From positions 192,001 through 256,000 of the forward strand of contig CAVURN010000003.1 of NCBI GenBank assembly GCA_963743915.1: a stretch of DNA of 64,000 bases, read 5' to 3'. This stretch comes from an uncultured Actinomycetota bacterium. GTDB lineage: Bacteria > Actinomycetota > Actinomycetes > JAHEKZ01. How positions within the stretch are numbered: the first letter of the stretch is position 1; every line of letters begins with the position of its first letter. The position numbers and the translations under genes are program-made. This document shows positions 1 to 8,671 of the stretch, piece by piece. The notes below the pieces were generated by a model. It did no database searches and was not told the origin of the DNA. It was given only the letters and a program-made list of their open reading frames with translations.

Positions 1-2066
1 TCCTCCACCGGTTGCACATCCACGCGGAACGCGGCCGCGACGCCGGCCTCCCCGGCCAGAGCCGCGGCAACGGACACCAGATCGAGATGACGGTTGCTGA
101 CGTGCAGCGCAATCACACCGTCGGCGTCGAGACGGTCCAGGTACAGGGCCAGCGCCTCGCGGGTCAGCAGATGCACGGGGATGGCATCACTGCTGAAGGC
201 GTCCACGACGAGGACGTCGAAGGTGGCGTCGGGAAGCTCGTCCTGCAACACGAGACGTCCGTCGCCGACGTGCACGTCGACGTCCGGGCCAGCGGCGTCG
301 AGATAGCTGAACCAGCGCGTGTCGGAGGCCACGTCGACGATGACCTGGTCGATCTCGACGACGTCAGCGGTGTCCTCGGGACCGACGTACGCCAGCGCCG
401 TCCCGATCCCCAGGCCGACGAAGCCGAGAGAGCGGGGTTCGGCGTCGGGAGCGGAGGCCATGATGTCGCCGAGCGGGCCGCTGCGTGAGTAGTAGGTCGT
501 CGGCGTCGGGTCCGCGCTGCCCCCCGGCCACTCCTGCCAGCCATGGATGGTGGTGCCGTGGGTGAGGATGTGGCGCTCCCCGGCCACCTCGATCTCGTAG
601 GAGCCGAAGAAGGTGCGGTCGCGCCACGCGGCGTCCTGCCGGAGGAGCGGCACCGCCGCCGCGACCACGAGCAAGGTGCAGGCTAGGCCGGCGAAGACCC
701 GCGGAACCGCCACCACCATCAGACCCGAGGTGACCCACGCGAGTCCGAGCACGACCGACGTGAGGACGGCCCACTCCGCCTCTGGCCACAGCTTCACCAC
801 GACGGTCACGGCACCGACGACCACGAGGACCTCGAGCACCCATCCGAGGGTGCCGAAGCGGGTCAGGACCCGCGCCCGCGGAACCGGAAGACGGAGTCCG
901 ACCGCGAGCAAGGGGATGAGCGCCAGCTGCAGTGCGTACTCCCATGGACCGTTGAACAGCAACGGCGCCACGACGCCATTCAGCACCCCGCCGAGCAGTC
1001 CACCGATCGAGACCACCAGGTAGAAACCGGTGAGATGTCGGACGGCAGGCCGGTCTGCGGCGAGCCGAGAGTGGCCTGCCATCCCCGTCATGAAGACCAA
1101 CGCCAGCCCGAGCGTGACATCGACGAGCACGGGGGTCTGGAGCCGCGGCAGCGCCAGGATCAGTGAACCGAGAGCCAGCATCGTGGCGAGCAAGACGGGC
1201 CAGCTCGGCGCGACCCGGCGGCGCTGCCCGAAGGCCACGATGAAGGTGAGCAGGTAGAGCGCCAGGGGGAGCACCCACAACAGTGGGATGGCCGCGACAT
1301 CGGTGGTCAGGTGCGTCGTGACACCCAGGGACACCCCGGCCGGAAGAAACGCCCAGAAGAGCCAGCGCAGCCGCCGTCGGGCATCGACGTCGCCGGCTGC
1401 ACCGAGCGGCCCGTCACCGTCGATCTCCGCGGCCGGGGTCGAGGTGGGAGCAGGGATCGTGGCTCCGCGACGCGCGCGCCAGACCGCTGCACCACACCCC
1501 ACCATCAGCAGCACGTAGCCGACGTAGCCGATCGACCACCACCGGGTCTGCGCCGAGAGCGGCAGGGTCCACTCGATCAGGAAGGGATAGGAGAGCAGGC
1601 CGATGAGTGAACCGGCATTGCTGGCGGCGTAGAGGATGTACGGGTCCTGCCCGACCCGCAGGCCCGTCCACGAGTACCACAGCTGCAGCACTGGTCCCGT
1701 CGTGGCGAGCACGACGAACGGCAACCCGATCGCGAGCATCAGTGTTCGGATCAGCCACCACACAGGGTCGACGTCGGAACTGGGTGCGGCGTCCTCCGGA
1801 AGAGCCAGGGGCAGGACCAGTAGCGGGAGGACGACCAGCAGGAGCTGGAGGGGAAGCTGTCGACGTCCGAGGCGTGATGCCGTCACGTGGACGAGCGCGT
1901 ATCCGACCAGGAGGAGCAGCTGGAAGAGGAACGTGGCCGTCGCCCACACCGACGGAGAGCCCCCGTAGCTCGGGAGGATCAGCTTCGTCAGCATGGGCTG
2001 GCACATGAAGAGCAGAGCGGCGCCCCACGCGATGGCGAGGGCGAACAACCCTGAGACGATCTTCAC
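1..2066 (-). CDS. Membrane-fused spermidine synthase-like SAM-dependent protein (3' end runs off the window)
   Basis: Read by hand; absent from the ORF track because there is no stop in the window. Starts GTG: VKIVSGLFALAIAWGAALLFMCQPMLTKLILPSYGGSPSVW. Many TM segments, then RTFFGSYE, HGTTIHGWQ and a GLGTG SAM motif in the same frame. TAGTCT -10 lies 6 nt before the start. Confidence 0.85.
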   Translation of the reverse strand, partial: MKIVSGLFALAIAWGAALLFMCQPMLTKLILPSYGGSPSVWATATFLFQLLLLVGYALVHVTASRLGRRQLPLQLLLVVLPLLVLPLALPEDAAPSSDVDPVWWLIRTLMLAIGLPFVVLATTGPVLQLWYSWTGLRVGQDPYILYAASNAGSLIGLLSYPFLIEWTLPLSAQTRWWSIGYVGYVLLMVGCGAAVWRARRGATIPAPTSTPAAEIDGDGPLGAAGDVDARRRLRWLFWAFLPAGVSLGVTTHLTTDVAAIPLLWVLPLALYLLTFIVAFGQRRRVAPSWPVLLATMLALGSLILALPRLQTPVLVDVTLGLALVFMTGMAGHSRLAADRPAVRHLTGFYLVVSIGGLLGGVLNGVVAPLLFNGPWEYALQLALIPLLAVGLRLPVPRARVLTRFGTLGWVLEVLVVVGAVTVVVKLWPEAEWAVLTSVVLGLAWVTSGLMVVAVPRVFAGLACTLLVVAAAVPLLRQDAAWRDRTFFGSYEIEVAGERHILTHGTTIHGWQEWPGGSADPTPTTYYSRSGPLGDIMASAPDAEPRSLGFVGLGIGTALAYVGPEDTADVVEIDQVIVDVASDTRWFSYLDAAGPDVDVHVGDGRLVLQDELPDATFDVLVVDAFSSDAIPVHLLTREALALYLDRLDADGVIALHVSNRHLDLVSVAAALAGEAGVAAAFRVDVQPVE

Positions 2067-2141
2067 CCGGTGAGACTAGGGGCGCGCTCCCGGTCTCCGA
2101 AGCGCCAATGCCCCGGCACGTCATCCGAAGGGCCGAACCGG

Positions 2142-3837
2142 CTACGGGTCGTTGATGTCGACGAGTGCCTCCTCGATCGCGTCGATCTCGGCGGCGGGCA
2201 GACTCGGCGGTCCGAGGATCTCCGACCAGGCGGTGGCACTGACATCGCCGTAGATGTGGCCGTGCCCGGCCGGGACTCCGTTGGCGGCGAACAGGTCGAC
2301 GCTGGCCTGCAGGCCCCCGATGATGGGGAGCGCCTGCACCTCGGGCAGCACGTCGTCGCCCCGCGGGTCGAGCCAGGCCGAACGGTCCGCCGTCCACGCG
2401 ACGATCGGATCCGAGGAGTTGACGAGGTACACGATCCGGTTGTCGGTCTGCCACGTGAGCGACGGGTCGGTGATCTGCTCCGAGCGTGGACGCCACCCGG
2501 ACGAGCGCACCCGCGTCGTAGTCCGGGCGCCACAGCGGCGATCCGGGTTCGCGGTTGTCCTGCACGCGCTGCCACGTCGCGTCGAAGCTCGGTGGGCCGA
2601 TCAGCAGCGCACCGTTGGTCGTCGTGGACATGTCCTCGACGCTGGTGAACGCGCTGCCCGTGGAGAAGGCACCCAGGCTCTCGCCGTACACGTACAGCCG
2701 TGGTCGGTCATCGGCCGGCATGGTGTCGAGCTCCACCCGGATGGCGGTGAGCAGCTCCTCGGCGTTGGCCTGCGCACGTGCGCGGTCCATCAGGAACGAC
2801 AGCCAGCTCGGCAGGTAGGAGTACTGGGTCGTGACGGTGGCGACGTCGCCGTGCGCGGCGAACTCGAGCGCGGCAGCGGTCTTGGGGTCGATCCATCCGC
2901 TGCCGGTGGTCCCCGCGACCGCGAGGATCGACCGGTCGAAGCCACCGAGACGCCGGAGCTCCTCGACGGCCAGCTGCGCACGCTCGGTGGCGGTGTCAGC
3001 CGCCTCGAGGCCGACGAAGGCGCGGATCGGCTCGACCGCGTCCGTCACGCCGGTGACCTCGGCCACATCGGCGGCTGTCCTCCCCTGCCAGATGAACTGA
3101 CGCCCCTCGCGACCGATGGACTCCCAGCTGACCGCAGAGTTCGGACCGCCTGACCGGTAAGGGGACTCGGGGTTCTCGACTCCGGGCTTGTTGTCATCAT
3201 TGCGGACCGCGAAGGCTGCGTCGGCGGCCGTGAGAAGGTTGTCGACCAGCACACCGGACACGACGTACCAGGTGAGCAGAGCGGTCACGACCACCGCGAT
3301 CGTCGCCGCGAGTCGACCGGGGATGCGCAGTCGCTTGCCCAGGAAGCCGTACAGGCGCACTCCGATCCAGCGGACGCCCCGCCCAAGGGCGAGCAGAAGG
3401 GCCGCCAGCACGACGCTGAGCAGCGGAGCGAGGACCCAGACCATGGGGACGTCGTCCTGCAGGCCCAGGAGCAGCTTCTGGTCCTGCTGCCATCCACGGC
3501 CGAGCCACCCCGCCACGAGCAGACCGAGGGGCGCAAGCACTGCCAGTGCGAGCCACGCGACCCGCCTGAACCCTGCAGGCGCAACCGGCAGCTCCAGGCT
3601 GCGATAGGCCCAGCCGAGGAAGGCCCCGACGCCGTAGACCAGGGCCATCGTCACCCCGGTGAGGAGCAGCTGGACCGCCCAGCTGCGCGGGACGAGCGAG
3701 GGGGTGGTGGTCATCCATCCCGCAAGGGTGGCCAGCACCGCTCCGGTGAGGCTGAGTCGACGCAACCGGCGCCAGCCTCGTGGGTGGGTGACCGGGGCGG
3801 CGACAGGCTCAGCCGTCGCCTGCTTTGCGTGGGACAT
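2142..3837 (-). CDS. Membrane-anchored alpha/beta hydrolase (Abhydrolase_9 type), one frameshift near 2480
   Basis: N-terminal TMs with TPSLVPR, then GTTGSGWID, QYSYLPSW and GESLG nucleophile elbow. C-terminus (NSSDPIVAW...GHGHIYG) is in ORF 2142..2510. Confidence 0.8.
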
Positions 3838-3954
3838 GTGCACTCCTGCTTCGTGGGCATCGAGTCGTCGAGCCGCTCGGCGGTCATGATCGCGGAGAGA
3901 GGGAAGACCCGCCACTCACCGCGACCGTGTCGTGACCCGCGACGCCGGCCTCCG

Positions 3955-4662
3955 ATGGGTGCCGCGACGTCCGTGAAAGAGTGCGGCCGTGACCGAGCGA
4001 CCGAGTGGCGCGCGCGCCACCGTCGTGGTCGCGGTCGCGTGCTCGTCGTCCTGATGGCGGCCAACCTGCTGCTGGTCGCCCTGCCCTCGGGGTGGGACGT
4101 GGTGGCTGCCGTCCTCGGGTCGGTCGGCGTCATTGCGGTGGGCCGGTGGCGTGACCTCACCTGGAGGCAGATGGGGCTGGGGGCGGACACCTGGCGCAGC
4201 GGGCTTCGATGGGGCGCCGCCGCCGCAGCAGCGGTCGCCATCGCCTACGCGGTGATCCTGCTGCTGCCCTTCGGACGGGAGACCTCGAACGACCTCGCCG
4301 CGCCCGCGGGCGACAGCCTCTGGCTGACCGCCCTGCTGCTGATCCCGCTGCGCACGGTGATCCTGGAGGAGCTGACGTTCCGCGGCGTGCTGTGGGGCCT
4401 GATCGAGCGGAGCTCGGGCACGCGCTGGGCGCTGCTCGGCACGTCCGTCGCCTTCGGCTGCTGGCACGTCGCACCGGCCTTGTCGCTCGCCGACCGCACC
4501 GGGGGCGCGACCGGGCTCAGCGTGCTCGGCGTCATCACGTTCACCGGGCTGGCCGGGATGTTGCTCGGCGAGCTGCGCAGGCGCAGCGGGAGCGTGATCG
4601 CTCCCGCTGCGCTGCACTGGGCCGCCAACGGCCTCGGGCTGGTCGTCGCCTCCCTCGCCTGA
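3955..4662 (+). CDS. CPBP/CAAX family intramembrane metalloprotease
   Basis: EELTFRG, FGCWH and HWAAN motifs; hydrophobic. Start uncertain. Confidence 0.85.
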   Translation: MGAATSVKECGRDRATEWRARHRRGRGRVLVVLMAANLLLVALPSGWDVVAAVLGSVGVIAVGRWRDLTWRQMGLGADTWRSGLRWGAAAAAAVAIAYAVILLLPFGRETSNDLAAPAGDSLWLTALLLIPLRTVILEELTFRGVLWGLIERSSGTRWALLGTSVAFGCWHVAPALSLADRTGGATGLSVLGVITFTGLAGMLLGELRRRSGSVIAPAALHWAANGLGLVVASLA

Positions 4663-4665
4663 GGC

Positions 4666-6350
4666 TCAGCCGAGCGGGCGGGCCCGTCCGTCGGTCGGGT
4701 AGGTCTGCTCGATGCCCATCGCCTGCAGGATCGTCGGCATCACATCCGGTGTGTGGAACGTGGCAGCCAGTCGGCCCGCATCCGGCCATCGACGGCGACC
4801 AGAACACCATCGGCACCCGCTGCACGGACTCGCTGGCACCGCCGTGGTCGCCGTAGGCGCCGTAGCTCACCTTGTCGCGCAGCAGTCCGACGATGTCCGG
4901 ACCGTTGGCGTCCGCCATCGTGTTGACGATGGTCTGCGCCGTCGACTTGAACCATGCCCGCTCGCCTGCGGGAATCGCGTTCTTGTCGAACAGCACGTAC
5001 TTGCCGCCGTTGCGCCAGTAGGTCGCGATCACGCCGGGGAGCGTCTTCATGACCTTCAGCGCCTCGTTGCGCTTCGGCTTCGACGCGTCCTTCAGCCACG
5101 TCTGGATCGACGTCGACTGGTAGCTGAACGCCACGTTCCCGGTGTCGACGAGCGGCTGGATCGACGGCGACGGCAAGTTGTAGGGCGTCGGCAGCGAGTT
5201 GGGTCCGTAGTACCAGTTGGTGTCGCTGGACGTACTCCCCGCGGCCGTCTTGCCGTAGAAGTCCTCGCCCCACGTGGCACCGTGGTCGGCGGTGAGCACG
5301 ACCAGGGTGTCGTCGAGCTGACCGAGCTCCTCGAGCTTGTCGAGCATGCGGCCGAGCTGGACATCGGCAAGCTCGGCGTTGTACTGCACGTGGGTCTGGT
5401 AGTCGGGCGAACCTGGGAGCGACTGGCGGTCGTTCTGTGCGCCCCACATGTGGCCGGCCTTGTCGATGCCACCCATGGTGACGAACATGCCGGACCAGTC
5501 CTCGTTCTCCATCATGGCCATCGCCGCGTCAGCCACCCAGACGTCGCCACCGAGGTGCGCGTGGTCGTTGCCCGGCACGAACCGGTTGCCGTCGAGCGGG
5601 TAGATCCACGACGGGAAGGCAGCATCTGTGCCGTAGGTGTTGGTGCTGTCGGAGTTGACGAACCAGCGTCCGCACGGGTCCTTCAGGTACGACGGCACGT
5701 TGACGCCGGACGGGAGAGCGGTAGCGCCCGCCCAGGGCGATCTGGCAGGGGTCGGCGGGGTTGTTCGCGCTTCGACTTCCGAAGCGCACGGCGATGTCGG
5801 TGCCGTCGCCGCTGAATGTGTCCCACGCAGACTCGGCAGCCGCGGACTCGACGGCGTATCCCTTCTGCCCGACGACGATGAACTTCTTGCCGGGCTGCGC
5901 CTCCTGCAGGTAGTCGGCGAGCTTGGGGTAGCCCTTGTCCTTGATCAGGGTGCCGTACTGGGCGTAGCTGAGCTCACCGGTGATCCACATCTGGTTCGTG
6001 TCGCTGCTCAGCAGCCCTTTGCGGTCGCGGTAGGCCTCGTCGACCCACCCCATGTTCCTCGGCGTCTGGCCCGACATCAGCACGTTGTGCGCGATGACGG
6101 TCTCCGAACCCATGTAGTTCAGGTACGCCTTCGAGAAGCTGGTGCCCTCGCCTTGCAGCGCCCTGAAGTTCGGCATGTTGAAGCGAGTGGCGTACTCCGG
6201 CCGCATCTGGTCGAAGAGCACGATCAGCACCTTGCTCGGCGGATCCGCACTCGGTTCCGCTTGGGCGCTGCCCCCTCCGACCAGCGCGGCTGACGCCAAC
6301 GCGGCCGAGGTGGTGAGAGCGATCAGGACTGGGCGAATTCGTGGGGTCAT
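4666..6350 (-). CDS. Secreted alkaline phosphatase-superfamily protein (PafA/NPP-like), frameshifts near 5705 and 4770
   Basis: Signal peptide MTPRIRPVLIALTTSAALASAALVGGGSAQA; metal and nucleophile motifs DQMRPEY, SETVIAH, DKAGH, TADHG, YGDHG. C-terminus DVMPTILQAMGI...DGRARPLG* is in a third frame. Confidence 0.8.
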
Positions 6351-6391
6351 CGCGCTGCCTCTCGGAGGGGTTGCGCGGGAGTCTGTACCCG

Positions 6392-6407
6392 TGTGACCCA
6401 GGTCACA
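6392..6407. promoter_or_regulatory. CRP/GlxR-type operator TGTGA-N6-TCACA
   Basis: TGTGACCCAGGTCACA is a perfect consensus in the divergent intergenic region, ~42 bp upstream of the phosphatase start. Confidence 0.7.
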
Positions 6408-6515
6408 ATATGAAGCCTCACTCGCGAATCTCACTACATCTGTGGGTTCGCGGCGTTCGTCGGTTTCGTCCCCCACGGGCAGACACGACGTGGCACCGTG
6501 GGCGCAGGAGGTGTC

Positions 6516-6902
6516 ATGGCGACGTGGGCGACGCTCCGCTCGATCGCGCGTGCGCTGCCCGAGCTGGAGGAGCAGGCGCCGCGGGACTGGCGGGTCCGCA
6601 ACAAGATGGTCGTGTGGGAGCGGCCGCTGCGCGCATCGGACCTCGAGGCGCTCGGGGAAGGCGCACCGACCGGCGACATCGTCGGTGTCCGGGTGAGCGA
6701 CGAAGGCGTCAAGCACGCACTCATCGCCGACGACCCCGACGTGTACTTCACGACCCCGCACTTCGACGGGTACGCGGCGGTGCTGGTGAGGCTGGCCGCC
6801 ATCTCCCGATCCGAGCTGGAGGAGATCGTCACCGAGGCGTGGCTCGACCGGGCCCCTCGCCGGCTGGCCAAGCAATGGCTCGCACACCGCGACGGAGAAT
6901 GA
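6516..6902 (+). CDS. MmcQ/YjbR family protein
   Basis: WRVRNKMVVWERPLR...FTTPHFDGYAAVLVRL...EAW; SD GGAGG upstream. Confidence 0.8.
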   Translation: MATWATLRSIARALPELEEQAPRDWRVRNKMVVWERPLRASDLEALGEGAPTGDIVGVRVSDEGVKHALIADDPDVYFTTPHFDGYAAVLVRLAAISRSELEEIVTEAWLDRAPRRLAKQWLAHRDGE

Positions 6903-6914
6903 GCGAAGTCTCGT

Positions 6915-6941
6915 AAACCCCGAGCCCTCGCCGAAGCGACT
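6915..6941 (+). promoter_or_regulatory. Putative ECF-type autoregulatory promoter (AAACC...CGACT)
   Basis: AAACCC-N16-CGACT just upstream of the ECF sigma gene; resembles actinobacterial SigE-group promoters. Confidence 0.35.
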
Positions 6942-6979
6942 AAGGAGGAGAACCGTCCACACTGGCAGGTGACCTTCTG

Positions 6980-7534
6980 ATGGACGAGGTGTCAGGTCCC
7001 GACACTGACCACGCTGCCTCCACCGGTGAGGCGCCGCGCGTCGAGACCTTCACGGCCCTGTTCCGGCGGGAGTACCCGAACCTCGTCACACTTGGATGGA
7101 CACTGACCGGTTCCCGTGAGGCCGCCGAGGACATCGCGCAGGACGCGATGACCGAGGTGTACCGGCGGTGGGACGACCTGGGCTCCATCGCCGACCCTCA
7201 TGCCTACCTACGGCGCATCTGCATCAACCGGGCTGCATCGTCCTTCCGTCGTCGCGCAACCGAGCTGCGCGCTCTTCTGCGTCTGTCGTCCGAGCGGCCA
7301 CGGGCTGACCTGCTCCCGGACGAGTGCGAGGCGTTCTGGTCAGAGGTGCGCGCGCTGCCTCGTCGGCAAGCACAGACGATCGCACTGTTCTACGGCTGCG
7401 ACATGTCGGTCGACCAGGTCGCCGAGACTCTCGAGATGGCACCGGGAACCGTCAAGTCACACCTGAGCCGAGCACGGAGCTCCCTCGCCGAGAGTCTTGC
7501 CGCGCGTCAGGCTGAAGAGGGGGTGGCGCGGTGA
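6980..7534 (+). CDS. ECF RNA polymerase sigma factor (SigE-like)
   Basis: Region 2 AEDIAQDAM; region 4 VAETLEMAPGTVKSHLSRAR. Confidence 0.9.
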   Translation: MDEVSGPDTDHAASTGEAPRVETFTALFRREYPNLVTLGWTLTGSREAAEDIAQDAMTEVYRRWDDLGSIADPHAYLRRICINRAASSFRRRATELRALLRLSSERPRADLLPDECEAFWSEVRALPRRQAQTIALFYGCDMSVDQVAETLEMAPGTVKSHLSRARSSLAESLAARQAEEGVAR

Positions 7535-8631
7535 ACATCGAAGAGCTCGCCACCGCGATGGGCAGGAAGACCCGCGAGGCCGTCCGGGCCAGCCTTGACG
7601 ACGAGGCAGCCCTTCAAGCCGTGACATCCCGCGAACGCGTGAACCGGCGTACGACCATCGCGGTCGCGATCGCCGTAGCCGTCACGCTGGCCGCTGTGCT
7701 CGTCGCACAGCTGATGAGGCCCGACGCGCCTGCGTTGAACCCCTCACCGGCTCCGGCGGCTCCCACGGCGACACCGACTGCAACGCCGAGTCCCACGAGC
7801 GCGCCGACACCGCATGATGCCGACCACTCGCTGCTCGCCGATGTGCGCCTCGTCGAGCTTCGCGGCGGCACGTCGACCGACCTTCCCCGGAGCATCCGCA
7901 GCATCAACAGTGTGCAGAACTTCGAGACCTCCCCCGACGGCGATCAGCTGGCGTTCTACGGTGACGGCAGCATCTACGTGGCCGGGCTCGACGGGGCCTT
8001 GCCTCGGAAGCTCTGCAGTGCCTCGCCCTATGCGGCGCCGAGCTGGGCACCGGACGGGCAGAGCCTGGTCTTCAGTGAGGACCGCGCCTTGCGGGTGGTC
8101 GATGTCTCCACGGGCGAAGTTCGGCGCATCACCACGGGCGAACACCCCATCCACACCCCGGACTTCAGCCCCGATGGCGGCACGGTTCTCTTCACCATGC
8201 AGCACAACGACGCCCTCGCACTTTGGAATGTCTCGTCGCAGGGCGGTGACCCGGTGCTGCTTCTCGACAGAGCGGCCTTCGGCACCTACTCGCCCGATGG
8301 CCGGTCGATAGCCTTCCGACGCACCGACTTCGTCGACGGTGACTATTCGCAGATGTCCAACGGTTCGGTCTGGTTGGCCAGCGCAAGTGGAGGGAATCCG
8401 CGCAGGATAGGTCCCTCGACCGCTTGGATGAGCCAGATCTCATCGTCGGCTCTCTGGCCGGCATGGTCACCTGACGGCACGCGGATCGCCTACGAACCGC
8501 TCATGGGTCGGCCCCTCAGGGTCGTCGATGTCTCCACCGGCCGGACCCACACGGTCGCAACGGGAACGAAGGTCGACTGGCTGGACGATGACACTCTCAT
8601 CGTCGGCGACGCGACACTGACGCCGGGCTGA
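7531..8631 (+). CDS. Putative anti-sigma: single TM, Pro/Thr linker and extracellular TolB-like (PD40) beta-propeller
   Basis: Overlaps the sigma stop (GTGA). One TM, PAPAAPTATPTATPSPT linker, repeated SPDG/WAPDG/WSPDG motifs. Confidence 0.75.
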   Translation: MNIEELATAMGRKTREAVRASLDDEAALQAVTSRERVNRRTTIAVAIAVAVTLAAVLVAQLMRPDAPALNPSPAPAAPTATPTATPSPTSAPTPHDADHSLLADVRLVELRGGTSTDLPRSIRSINSVQNFETSPDGDQLAFYGDGSIYVAGLDGALPRKLCSASPYAAPSWAPDGQSLVFSEDRALRVVDVSTGEVRRITTGEHPIHTPDFSPDGGTVLFTMQHNDALALWNVSSQGGDPVLLLDRAAFGTYSPDGRSIAFRRTDFVDGDYSQMSNGSVWLASASGGNPRRIGPSTAWMSQISSSALWPAWSPDGTRIAYEPLMGRPLRVVDVSTGRTHTVATGTKVDWLDDDTLIVGDATLTPG

Positions 8632-8671
8632 GCCTTACCCCGACAGCCACACCGCCACTACCCTGACGACG

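Noticed and set aside
1414-3915. 833-aa ORF as a single protein
   Set aside because: Sequence after ~2480 is Arg/Pro-rich off-frame text; the true C-terminus is in ORF 2142..2510.
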